A stretch of 55,059 bases of DNA, filler included, from Dirinaria sp. TL-2023a (lineage: Eukaryota): the NCBI GenBank assembly GCA_051941275.1. It is 3 parts of 3 records of this genome, joined end to end, with 100 filler letters (N's around TTAATTAATTAA, not from the genome) between each part and the next. Parts side by side here need not be neighbours in the genome. Positions count along the whole stretch, not along the records: positions 18,449 to 36,715 come from JAVEBF010000390.1; 2 more parts are not named here. One strand, written 5' to 3'. The notes under the pieces were generated by a model that made no database searches, was not told the DNA's origin, and was given only the letters and a program-made list of their open reading frames with translations. This document shows positions 24,476 to 36,203 of the stretch, in pieces; position 1 is the first letter of the stretch, and each line of letters begins with the position of its first letter. The position numbers were made by a program, and so were the translations under genes.

Positions 24476-24915
24476 ACTTGAAACTTTCGATTAATAGGTA
24501 AAGGAGAATTTTTAAATCATTCTCTTAAATAGAATCCCCTGCTCTGTTTCTTCGAAAACCAAGATTCTACCTATCTCAACCAATACCTGAGGTACCTAGA
24601 AGAGCTACTCTCACTACTCTTGGCAAAGCCGGAGTTTAGCCGCTCGGTTGCAGATCCACCGAGCTTGGCATGTTGAGCTCTATGAAGTCAAAGTCGAAGT
24701 CAGTTTTGCTGCCGTTATCACAAACCACAACATCTGCAAGTGGGCCAATTCAGTATCAGTTCCAATTTCTCTTCTTTCTTTGCAATCGGTCCAGCAATTG
24801 ATCAGCTCAATCGGCTGTCTCAATAAGTGATTTCCTCCTACATAGTTGCAAGGAGATCTCCATGCTTGACTCACCCCGCATTACAGCTCGGTGATCACGA
24901 CTGAGGCTTCCTACG

Positions 24916-26378
24916 ATGGCTGAAACAGAGACAAAAACCCCGGAGAAGCTGGACACAGCTCCAACTGCTATAACAGAGACCGATGACGCCTCACAGGATG
25001 CCAAGGAGCAACTAAAATCTGCAGAGCAAGAGCCTGCTAATAAGGACCAAGACGATACGAAATCAGAGTCGGCCACAGCTAAAGAAACCGAGACGAAAGT
25101 GCCTTCAGAAAAGGTACAACAAGCTATAAAGTACAACAATCGAGATCGGAATCGAAACAATGACCGCCCTTACTACAAGAGGGATTATCGGAAGAATGTC
25201 AAGTCCGATCTAACTTCTCAAGCGGAGAGTAGCGATCCTGTCGAAATCCGTAAACAGGTATATTTTATATTCCAATTCAAAGCCTCCACCTTTTTGACAT
25301 GCGATTTAGGTCGAATTCTACTTCTCCGACTCCAATCTACTGAACGACAAATTCCTCTTCTTGAAAGTCGACGGCCCTACGAATCTCCCAGTACCAATTA
25401 GCGTCATCCACTCATTCAAGCGTATGCGCCACTTCCAGCCCCTTTCCGCCGTCATTGCCGCCCTCAAAAATAGCTCCACTCTCGATGTTGTCGAAGTCGA
25501 CGAGGACACCTGCGTTCAGCGCAAGGTCCCCCTATCCTCGGATCTCAAAGACATGCCTCTGGTCGATATCCAGAAAGTGCACGAAGACGCCGCGATGGCG
25601 CGAAGCGTGTACGCGAAAGGATTCGGAAACGAAGAGCCGGGGACGCAATTCGACATCGAGGCCTTCTTCGCCGAATTCGGCTCGACTAATAGCGTGCGTC
25701 TGCGGCGGACGCCCGAGAAGACCTTCAAAGGCAGTGTCTTCGTCGAATTCGACACGGATGAGACGCAGAAGAAATTCCTCTCGCTCGACCCGCAGCCGAA
25801 ATGGCGCGGCAAAGACTTGCTGATCAAGAGCAAGAAGCAATACTGCGATGACAAAGTGGACGATATCGCAGCTGGGCGGATCCGACGCAAGGAGACTTCT
25901 CCCTTTGAGCCTCGTGGCGGGCACAAGAACAATGACAAGGACTGGCGCGTGCGGCGTGACGAAGACCGTGCTGGCGGATTCAAAGATCGGAATCAGCGTC
26001 ATAAGGGGTTTGGAAGCGCCGGGCGAGGCCGTGGTGGACGTGGTGGACGAGGCGGACGAGGTGGGCATAGAGGAGGTAGATATGATCGAGACGCCAAGAA
26101 GGAGGAGAAGAAGGACGAGCAGTATGTACCTCTCTACCTCACTCCCTTTGCTGTTTTCCTCTATCTCTATGAGCAAGCAGCTAATTCGCCTGTACAGCAA
26201 CACATCTGCCCCATCGGTCCAGGCATCCACCCCATCTTCACCCCATTCCCCGCAACCATCAACGAAAGATAAGTCCCCTCCACCATCGAAGAAGCGTGCC
26301 CGCGAGGACGAAGGAGAAGCTGAAGCGGCTCCCGAGGCGAAGAAAGTAGATGTGAAAGCTGATGCGGAGGATGCATGA
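24916..26378 (+). CDS. LHP1: La autoantigen homologue (La motif + RRM + RGG tail), 3 exons
   Basis: EIRKQ|VEFYFSDSNL.NDKFL across intron 1; RRM with SVYAKGFG and FKGSVFVEF; RGG repeats; basic C-terminal KKRAR...KK. Confidence 0.93.
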
Positions 26379-26516
26379 CGCTTTTATCACATAAAAGCGG
26401 AGTCAAGCAAGCGAGAGCTCCCCCCTTAAAAAAAGATGTGATGGATTCATGAACAGGACTTCTGCTCGGAGAGAGCCGTCCGCAGTGTCTGTACCCATAA
26501 CAAACCGCATTTAGGA

Positions 26517-26548
26517 TGACGACGATGACGACGACGACAACGACGACG
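26517..26548 (+). repeat. Imperfect (GAC)n microsatellite
   Basis: tgacgacgatgacgacgacgacaacgacgacg read directly. Confidence 0.8.
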
Positions 26549-27250
26549 AAACAATAGGAGAAAAAACTCTCCCAGCCCGTATCAATTAAGGTCCCGCGAT
26601 GGCCCTGCTACTATGTATAGATGGATGGATCTGCATGTCTTATAGGAGGACTCCTTCTCACTCGGCAACCCAAAAAAAAAAAAAGAAAAAAAAAGAAAAA
26701 AAAGGGGGGGAGACCTGCAAACCCAAAGCTGAGACGTGCATGCATTAATTAATTAAAAAAAGCTGTACATAGAAAGACCGAGACTACCTGGGTATGTAGG
26801 TAGCTTATGTATTGCCTTGATTCCAAGGTACTTGATGCCGTACAAAACTCTCTTCTTCTCTAGAGAAGAACCCTTCAAAAAAATAATCTACCTACATACA
26901 TACAATCAGAAGAAGAAAGAGCGAAAAACAATTATGTAATCTATTGAAAACCATCCTCCTCCTCCCCCCACACGCTAAAGGATGTGCGCTCTCGAGGAGG
27001 AGGAGGAGGATATTGGGCTATATAAGCTAAGGTACAAATTCCTACCTAAGGTACCTACTTACGTCCTTCGTACATTTTATCGTCCCGAGAATAGGAAGAG
27101 GATAATAATTGTACAATAAAAACCGGACCGCCCAGCTCTTGAGATGTATATTTTTTCTTTTATCCAGTAAGCTCCGCTCACACTTCACATATTGTTTCTC
27201 TATTTCGTCGCAACGAAAGAAAAAGAAAAAAGAAAGTCCAGCTGTAAAAA

Positions 27251-29114
27251 TCAGCCGGCATGCTCCACAATCTCGCTAACCAACTGCCCATTCCTAATCA
27301 CGCTCTTCATCTGCTCGGGCAAGGGTTTCTCGACGAAATCATCGTCGTCGGTGCGCCCGGGCACGACGATATTGATGCCCGTGCAAAGGCTCGTGAAGAC
27401 CTCCGTCCCCAGACTGTCTCGACTGAGATAGACGGCCGCGCCATCGACCTGGTCGAGCATGATGGTGGGTAAGGAGCCCAGGACCTGCATTTCGAATTTG
27501 GGGCTCTTGATGACATCGACTGAGGAGACGAGGGAGTCGACGACGAGGGAGACGGCGGTGCAGTTGTCGAGCGTGATGGCGTTTCCCTTGCCGTGGACGC
27601 GGATCGTGGTCTTGGCGCAGCGGGATATGAGGATGGATTGGGTGATCGAGGCGGTCAGCTCGATTACCTCGGAGGGGTGGTCGAAGTTCTCGACGATCCA
27701 TTTGTTGCCGTCGAGGTCTTTGCGCGCCGGTTTTTTCGTCCGCATGCTCTCCGGTTTCGGCTTTTTCCCCGGTAGAGGCGATTTGCCTCGATTTGATGTT
27801 TGGGAGGAGGAGCGGGACGGTGCGGACGGGACGGCGGATGTGGTTCGTAGAGAAGGGTTTTTGTGGGTTTGAGATGACGGATCGACTTTTCGTAGGTGCG
27901 AGGTCACGGATTCGCCTTGGGAGATCTGGTCGAAGACGGCGCCCATGTCAGAGGCGCCACCTTTTGAGGCGCCGCCTGAGGGCATTGGCGGTGGAGGGGG
28001 CGCATTGTCGAAATTAGGAAGTGGTGGAGGTGGAGGCGCACCCGGACCCGCCGAGGGTGAGGAGATTGAGGGTTTGGCGCTGGTTTGGCCTGATTGAACT
28101 TCTTTGAGGGCGTCTACAGCATCAATGCCATCTTTGTTCCAAGTAACGCCTGAAGGGTAGTGTTGCTTTACATATGCTGACAATGATTTGAAGATCTGGT
28201 AGAACGCTTGTGCCCATTCGACGTGTGCTCGATCTCTGCGGGCTATTAGCCAGCTCCAAATGACGCCAGTGAAGGGAGACTGACTTTTCCTTGTATTCTT
28301 TGATAACACGGTTCCCATAGAATTGAGTGCTACCCAGTATTTCTGTAACATAGTCCGCGGGCTTCGGCTCCACGGTTATCCAGCCAAGGACACTGACACC
28401 CTCAGATACAGCACTTAAATGGTTAAATAAGGATGAGCCACGATTCGTCTCCCGGATGTCGTTTACACTGCCCATCATCTCTTGCAGCTCCTTCAGAATC
28501 TCTCGATATGATGGCGATTGAATATCCGGCTTCCTAGCTTTGGTCGTCACGATGAGAAATTTCCTCTGTGCAGCGAATGCTCGGAGCAGGGCAGCAGACT
28601 GAAAAGTCACGAAAGTCAGCCTCAATATGGTACGATCATTGTGTTGAAATTCCTGGGACGCGGTTTCATCACCTGTTCTGCAAGCAGACCGCCGATCTGT
28701 TCGCTCATAGCGACGAAAGTTGTCACTTCTCCATTAATCAATGCGTCAAAATCGTCGATGGATGCTGGTAAAGGTGCCGCTGCTGGGGGAGGTGAAGCTA
28801 GGGTGCGTTCCGGTTGCTGAGCTCCACCACCAGAAGATGGCCCTTTGTCAGTTGAAGAGACACCATTGGTAACACTGGACTCGGGGAACTGCGGCACCAT
28901 GTCCTCGAGGCGAGAGGTTGCGGCCTCGAGCCTGCGGAGTACGTTTAGTGAGATGTCCGAAGAAATTTCGACCGCCATGGTTGGAGAACAAGATGAGAAC
29001 GAGGGCAAAAAAGTCCCATGCGTGCAGACTTGAAAGATCGGAAGATGTAGAATCCAAGGATTATGCAGCTTACCGCTTGATCAAGGTAGCCAGATTGTTC
29101 ATATTGTTTGCCAT
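27251..29114 (-). CDS. SRV2: Adenylyl cyclase-associated protein (CAP/Srv2), 4 exons
   Basis: MANNMNNLATLIKR|LEAATSRLEDM (RLE motif), NHLSAVSEG..LGW, QFYGNRVIKEYKEK, poly-Pro, LRKVD....HKNPSLR, C-terminal CARP domain ending EIVEHAG. Confidence 0.96.
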
Positions 29115-29715
29115 CTTCGCAGGGCTCTGATGCTTCAGAGTGTTGTTGAGATGTTTGCTTTACGCCGTGGGAGTTGGGGAATCCAGAGAAGGGAGGGGAT
29201 GATTGCACCAATTGCAAGGCTGTGTGTTCTGCACTTTCGAAGAACGAGTGAAAGCTTCCACGCAACAATAATACTGTACCAGAGAAGCGAAATAATCCGA
29301 AATACTCGTAAATATTAATGACCGAGGGGACCCTTGACTACAGCTCAAGGGGTCCTCGGCCCGACGCTACCGCTTTCCAGGAGTCATCAGAGTACATGAT
29401 GTAGGTAGATACTTTAGACTAATGCAACTTCTACAGGAAGTAAGTAAAGTTTACCTAGATCAGCTCTTTCTCGCGATCTACTACTTTAAATTCAGTTGCC
29501 ATTGATGTCGCTCCTTGGTCAATAGGCATGATCATTTTTGGAAGAAACTATGGAGCAGACGAGTCATGACGATGTAGCTTCGGCGTCCACACATCTCTGC
29601 TCGAACGTTAGAAAATAGTCCGCGATATCTCGAATCTAAAAATCCTTATTGTGAGGGACACTAGATCAATTACTGGTTGAGGTGCATACCTGACGGCCAC
29701 TGAGCCAAATCCAGC

Positions 29716-30886
29716 ATGGCACAACCAAGCCTTGAAGTAGTCACATTGGGGATGTTCATCATCGATGATATCTACTATCCAACACCAAGAGCACCAGTAA
29801 CTGATATCACTGGTGGAGCTGGATCGTTCGCTGTCCTCGGAGCTCGCCTTATGCGAGGGTCCGGCAGTACTGTGGGCTGGAATGTCCACACTGGCTCAGA
29901 CTTTCCAGAAACTATATTTAAGGAGATCCAGTCATGGGGCACGAGATGTAATTTTATACATACTCCTGAGCGCTTGACTACGCGCGGTTTGAATATCTAC
30001 GGCCAGAACGAACGCCGAGGTAAGGCACGTATCGGGCAACCGTCTACAACGATCTCGCGTAAAGCTAAAAGGCTGACACTCTGGTTCAACAGATTTCGAA
30101 TACGCCACTGGAAAAATGCGCATTGACCAGACGACATTAACGACTGAGCAACTGGGAGCCAAGGTGTTTCATTTGATCTGTAGCCCTCAGAGATGTATCG
30201 ATCTCGTGAAGGGCATTATTGAGAGGCGTGTCCAGATGGTCGAGGAGGGAAAATTACCTGAACAGGCCAAAGGTCGCCCAATATTTATCTGGGAGCCTGT
30301 GCCTGCTCTTTGCATACCGTCGGAGTTTGCAAACTCCTTAGAAGCCATAAAACACGTAGATGTCTTGAGTCCTAACATTGAGGAGTTGCAATCGCTTATA
30401 GGTACCAGGAGGATCATACATACTTCTGGCGTGCCTATTATGCAAGAGCTGGACGATGAATGTCACGAGCTTCTTGATGCAGGATCATCTGGCACACTGC
30501 AAGCCGTGATTGTACGCCTGGGCGAGTTAGGAGCACGGGTGGTCACGTCAGATCGTGAAACCAGCATCGGTGCCTATTATCGGCCATATACAGATATGAA
30601 GATCACCGAAGAGAAGAGAACTGGGGAAAACAAAGTCGTGGATCCCACTGGCGCTGGAAATGCGTTCTTAGGTGGATGTGCCATTGGCCTTCTAACCGAA
30701 AAACCTTCAATGAACATGACCACCTTCGAGAGAGCCGCTGTGTACGGAAGCGTAGCGGCCAGCTTTGCAGTTGAGCAAATTGGCATGCCAGTGCTCAGGC
30801 CAGCGAGTGGTCTAACAGGCGACGAGGAGCAATGGAACGGGGAGAGTGTTGGCGAGAGACTTAAATCTTATCTGAATCTCTCATGA
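29716..30886 (+). CDS. pfkB/ribokinase-family protein, Mak32-like (1 intron)
   Basis: TLGMFIIDDI, GGAGSFAVLGARL, RLTTRGLNIY, FHLICSPQRC, IWEPVP, VLSPN, VVDPTGAGNAFLGG, SFAVEQIGMP. Confidence 0.9.
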
Positions 30887-31144
30887 GCTTCTTTACCCCC
30901 GGAGTATTTAAAGGATGATAAGCATGAGGCTGAAGATGGAAGTTCCATTCGGCCCACATAGGAGCTTGAGGGTGCGGCTTGGGCTCGTGATTAATCTTCG
31001 TGGCATTAAGGACGAAAGATCTGAGCGTCGGTTAAGGGTATTTGTAAATCCATTTGAACCTATACATATACTAGTGACTGCCCTTTTCAGAGTTGAAATA
31101 TAGCAACCGCCCAACGCCGGTAATGCAATGCTGCAAATGGGAAT

Positions 31145-31594
31145 CTATTGCTGCCGTTCCTTCGCTTTCATCGCCCGCTCGTGCTCAATGATTTGCTTAC
31201 TCCAGCTGCAGCAACTGATCAGCATTCCGATTCCGAATGAAAGGTGTGTTGCGCTGGACTTACTACCGGCTGGGGAAGAACCTGTCTGGGTCTGGCATCT
31301 TGTACCTAACTTCCCGCTCCGCGCTCACACTCCACGCTATTGCAGTGATTCCCACAACTACAGCCGCCATTACTGCCGTATTCGACTTCCAGTTCGCTGG
31401 CTGAGCATACCAGCCTCCCGCAGGCGACCAGACGTGTTTGGGGTAGCTGCAACAGATCAGCAAGCCTGTCGTCCAAGCCGCCGAGGCCTGACCTACGGTA
31501 TCTTTCCTCCGCTTGATTGCGAGACCGCAGCACCCTTTTTCTGTACCGTGTTCAACGAGTGATCAGGCTCCGGGACCTTATCGCTCTCAACCAT
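31145..31594 (-). CDS. Small single-TM protein, probable respiratory complex I accessory subunit (NUUM-like)
   Basis: Spliced GGKIP|YPKHVWSPAGGWYAQPANWKSNT-TM-SAERE...RFFPSRY|WSKQ, a conserved fungal small-protein pattern. The start region is uncertain (possible in-frame 51-nt intron 31541-31591). The complex I assignment is from memory of the family. Confidence 0.75.
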
Positions 31595-31912
31595 GATTGC
31601 GACAAAAAGTGCGGGATATTGTGAACAGTACCTACCGCAAGCTTGAAGTGGGAATGTGAAGAGGTACTCGGTAGTGTCTTGGCACTCCATGCCTAGCGCG
31701 ATGAGGCTCCTTCGGTTCCTTGTCGGGACAGCAAAGTACACTAGTAGCTTGGCATCAATCTCGAAGATCTCGCCTGGCACCTCACGACACACGACACGAC
31801 CTTTTTTTGGACGGAGGCACTTTTTGCAAATCATGGACTCTGAGCGCTCGAATTGAAAGCTCCCACCTCATATCCCACAAGGCGCACCGCTGCGAAATCC
31901 TTCTCCTCCCTT

Positions 31913-33190
31913 ATGAAGCCGCTCCGCCTCCTAAGATGGAGCGGCGCTGTGCTATCTCCCCGGACAAGGCCATATCCACTAGGATCATGCTGCCTCCGCC
32001 AATATCACGTCTCTCCCATCCAACATCAATCGACCGCCTCGTCGCCACTTCAAGAACCTTGGTCCACCGATGACCCTTCAGAGTCTCATGAACAATCGCC
32101 CTCGCAACTTACTCCAGAGACCCAATCAGATCCTACAGGAAGAGAAAGCGATCTCCACAAGTTCCCATCACCATCCCCCTCGCAAGCTCTCAAATCCGCC
32201 AAGCTCGCAGCTCTACACGCCCGTCTCTCCCTTTCGCCTCGCCTCCCTCTGGAAACCTTAGCGCGGTGTCTTATAGATTCGACCGCAGACCCGAACCCAG
32301 CGTTCAATAACTCCTCCCTTGCTCTCCTCGGCTCTTCCCTCATAGGGTACTACACCTCCGAAGCCATCCTCTGCCGCTACCCACGCCTCCCTACCGAAGT
32401 CGTCTTCGCCGCAATGTGGGCCTACTCCGGGCCCAAAACCCTAGGAATCATATGTCGAGAATGGGGTGTGGAAGTGGTAGCCGAGCCCGGAAGCGAAGTG
32501 GACCCAGGGCTCCTACAATGCCGGCGGCTCGAAACCAATGACTTGAGCGGGGAAACTCTCCTCCCCGTCAAAGAAGTAGAGACAGTACGCCCGAACGCGG
32601 GGAAAGGGTGGCGAGTCGGCATCAACAGCCGGACAATGTATGACAACGCCTTCGGGGAAGAAATCCCGCGCACAGATCCCTCATTATCGGACGAAAAAAA
32701 GGCTCTGGCCGAGGATCTGAAGGCCGGGCGCGTCATCTCACTCATAGACGCCTGCTCCAAATTCATCCACGCCCTGCTCGCCGGCATATACCTGCACCAG
32801 GGGCGGCGGGCCGCAAAATTCTTCTTCAACGAACACATCCTCAGCCGGCACCTGGACGTCCCTCGACTCTTCGAATTCACCGTGCCCACGCGCGATCTCG
32901 CCAAGCTCTGCGTCCGAGAAGGGTTCCCCCAGCCCGTGGCACGCATCCTGTCCGAAACCGGCCGGCTGAGCCGGTCCCCTGTCTTCGTGGTGGGAGTGTT
33001 CGCAGGGAAAGAGAAACTGGGCGAGGGCCAGGGAGCGAGTTTGAACGAGGCCCGCACCAGGGCCGCGGTCGCTGCGCTGAAAGGATGGTATTTGTATAGT
33101 CCTATCGAGGTGCGGGTGCCGAGTGATGCGGAGGGCGGGGGGAAGAGGTGGGAACCGGTCTTGGTTGATATGGGCGAGGTTGTCATCTGA
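31913..33190 (+). CDS. MRPL3: Mitochondrial large-subunit ribosomal protein mL44 (MrpL3; RNase III-like + dsRBD)
   Basis: SAKLAALHARL.L, YPRLP, EWGVE....PG.EVDPGLLQ, PTRDL.KLC.REGF..P.ARILSETGRLSRSPVFVVGVFAG.EKLGEG.GASL.EAR.RAA..ALK.WYLYSP. Confidence 0.93.
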   Translation: MKPLRLLRWSGAVLSPRTRPYPLGSCCLRQYHVSPIQHQSTASSPLQEPWSTDDPSESHEQSPSQLTPETQSDPTGRESDLHKFPSPSPSQALKSAKLAALHARLSLSPRLPLETLARCLIDSTADPNPAFNNSSLALLGSSLIGYYTSEAILCRYPRLPTEVVFAAMWAYSGPKTLGIICREWGVEVVAEPGSEVDPGLLQCRRLETNDLSGETLLPVKEVETVRPNAGKGWRVGINSRTMYDNAFGEEIPRTDPSLSDEKKALAEDLKAGRVISLIDACSKFIHALLAGIYLHQGRRAAKFFFNEHILSRHLDVPRLFEFTVPTRDLAKLCVREGFPQPVARILSETGRLSRSPVFVVGVFAGKEKLGEGQGASLNEARTRAAVAALKGWYLYSPIEVRVPSDAEGGGKRWEPVLVDMGEVVI

Positions 33191-33914
33191 GCCCGCAATT
33201 TGTACTCTCACATCTTATTCCTTCCCCCCCCACAACAAAATAAAATAAGATGGGTGCGAAATATTATAGATATCCCATAGGTACCTATGTTGTATGTAAG
33301 ATCACTAACTATATGGGATGTAACAAAGGATAAGAATAGCGCGATGCATGTGTATACTTTATTTCCTCTCTCCCTCTCTCCATCCACATTTATCAATCTA
33401 TGCTTTCAAAAAACCTCCTTGGGCAACATTTCCCCCCTCTTATGCCTCCCCTGATCCCTAATCGAAAACCCTAAAATTTTAGCCTTAACGTAATGCATCA
33501 AACCTCAGAACCTTGCACAAAAGCGGTGGAAACCTCATTTCTTCCTCCTTACTTTATCCTCCGAAGCCGAGCAAGCGCCGAAACAGGTACAGATGTTTCT
33601 CGCCATAGATTACACGAGCTAAAGGCAGGCAAGATAAGCGAAAGTAAACTTCTTTTTGGAAGGGGGGGGAAAAAGAAAAGAAAAGAAAAGACGTCGGGTA
33701 TCTTTGCTATCTAAGGTACTTAAGTATTCATGCGATGCGATCCTCCCGATTCACTCTTCTGACCCGCACTCCTGCAAGAACCTGTATCTCTTCATCTGAA
33801 ACAAACTACTTTTCTCAACTCCACAGATTCCATTTGGGATTTGATTCTGAGGGGGGGGTTTAACTTCCCCATCCTCTGCTCCCCTCCGACCTCTGGAGTG
33901 TGGTGTGTAATGCT

Positions 33915-35480
33915 TCATCTCTTATGAGCAATATGCTCTTCCCCCGCTGGTCCATGCGTCTTCACGCCCTTCATACTGTCCTCGCTCCCCTCCTCCACGG
34001 AAGCAGGCGCTTCACCCTTGACACTGCTCGCGCGACTCACGTCCGCGCTGGCAGGGCTCTCGGTCCTTAACCCGAGATTTTTACCGCCCAAGCCTGATTT
34101 CTCCTCGTCTGCACCTTTCCAATCCGCCGCAGCTGTCTCCGGGACGTTCTGCCCTTCCCGGGGCTCGGAAACCACCACCCCCTTCCCATCGCCGACCGCG
34201 CGCCATACCACTGCCAAGCGGTCTAAAGCCTTGGTGCCTTTCCGTGCGCTGCCTTTGATGCCGTCCATGGCGTCCCAGTCGATCTCGAAGACACCTTGGC
34301 TCGTCGGGTCGCCGTGGTTTTGCGGACCGTGGCCTTCGAAAAACGTATTGAACCAGACGTGCGCGACGGAGGTGACCATCGTCCATCCGTAAGTGGCTTT
34401 GTTACGCCGTTCGAAGTCGATGTTTATGTCTGAGGTGGGGAGGATGAGAGGTTTTGAGGGCCGGAATTTGACGGCGTGGGCGCCGGGAACGTGTTCATCT
34501 GAGCTGGTCTTGATTATGGGTTGAGTAGGGACGTGATTCATAGAAGGTAGCTCGGGCGTGGAGAGGGAGTTGGGAGGTTGTTTGTCGTTTGATACAGAAA
34601 GGCTCTCGGGGAGAGAGGGCTCGCTAGGAGTACTTTCGTCCGTGAGATGTCGTTCGTGTTTGTGAAATATATGGAAGGTTTTGATGGTGCGGCCTTCTTC
34701 GACATAGCCCTCCACGGCGACTCTCACTCCATCTCGGAGACCCCAGACCTGCACTTCGAGGATCTCAATCGATCGCTCGACATAGAGCTTTTGATGCTTT
34801 GACCATTCGTCGACATATCCTATCCACCGCATTTGACTTGGTATACTGACTCCAGCACCGAATCCGGATCGCATGCGTCTTTGGGTAAATCTGGCTAGCG
34901 CATCCTTGGCTGTCCAGTTCTCCTCGCTGATGAGATAGCTGCACGCTACAGTCCCACTTCTGCCTTTCCCCGCCTTGCAGTGCACTACAACCACGCGATC
35001 CTTGGGTACGTCTAAGCCTTTGAGCCAGTCACGCATGCTGGCCATAATGTTGGGTATCAACGCAAAAGGCGGAGGATGGTGATCCGGCCACGGGTAGTGT
35101 CGTATGCGACCGTACACCTCAGAGTCAGGATAACCTGTGCCCTCGGCACGGAACTCCCATATTGCCCAGTTGGCGCCGTGTTTGTAGTCCAGGAATTTGA
35201 CTAGAGCATCGGTAGGGTTACGGTATGCGCGCTGAGGATAGGTCGAAGATGGGCCAGAGGTTGCGATGACTAGGTCAGACAAAAATTTTAATATGAAACC
35301 TACGATACAGGAGACAGCATATTTGTACCCACTATTGTCTGTCACGTAACATAGATCGAGCCCGGCTTCAGGATGCCGGGAACGCGGACCTGCCACGATC
35401 TGGCGAAGTAGCGAAGCCTGAACGAGCATCAATTCAGTCTATATTACTCCATACTAATGTAGGCCTCAGGTCATTACCAT
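33915..35480 (-). CDS. TEP1: PTEN-like phosphoinositide 3-phosphatase (Tep1); the first coding exon is only the ATG
   Basis: LDLCYVTD, YRNP, WPDHHPPPF, catalytic HCKAGKGRSG, GVSIPSQ.RW..Y, C2-like HVWFNTFFE. Confidence 0.94.
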
Positions 35481-36203
35481 GATCCTGGCCACTTCCTATA
35501 ATGTATGGCAATAGTTGCTCAGAGATGAGGAGCAGGCCGGGTGACCGTGAAGGATGATGGGGCGAAAGACGAGGACAGCATCATGATTTTCTCATAACTT
35601 ATGCTGCAGCTGAGGTCGCGCCTTGACGCTATTTGCAAACCTTGAAATGAGACTGATCAGCCCTGATTCCGACCACCACTGGTGCGAAGGTACTTCAGAG
35701 TCCGTGAAGGAACCGAAAGCAAGCTTTGGGTTGGTCGTCATCTCGCATAAGCGTGGTAATGTAGGCGATTAAGCGTCTACCGCGCTTAAAAGCCTTGGCA
35801 GACTACACTTTACCTGGACCGCAGTCCTCTGGTATTGTAGTATGCTGCTGGATAGCTCACCAAAATGTACCATGAATGTTCAGTGTCCTTTTGATAGGAT
35901 TTCTAGTTTTGGAGTAATGGCCTGTTGTAGCGGTATAAGCCTTGACGATGGGTTTTTCCCTCCAAGTCCCGATCTTTCGTGGCTGCGCAGAAGCTTTCTG
36001 ACCAGGTTCCGGAGTAATAGATAGACTGGAACGGATCTCACATGAAGAAAATCACCTGCAGATCCAGATGAATTAATGGAAAATGGCAAGCTTTTCATGA
36101 GATGATTATTAGAGGCATGAGAGGCTTGAATGCTAATGAAAATTTGGTTGTGGATGTACTAATTTAAAGGTTATGTAAATAAAAGCGCCGGGTTTCTTCA
36201 AGC

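Noticed and set aside
19015..33211. Long antisense or alternative-frame ORFs (e.g. 19015..19392, 25532..26230, 32422..33198)
   Set aside because: Shadows of GC-rich real CDSs on the other strand or frame; no independent motifs.
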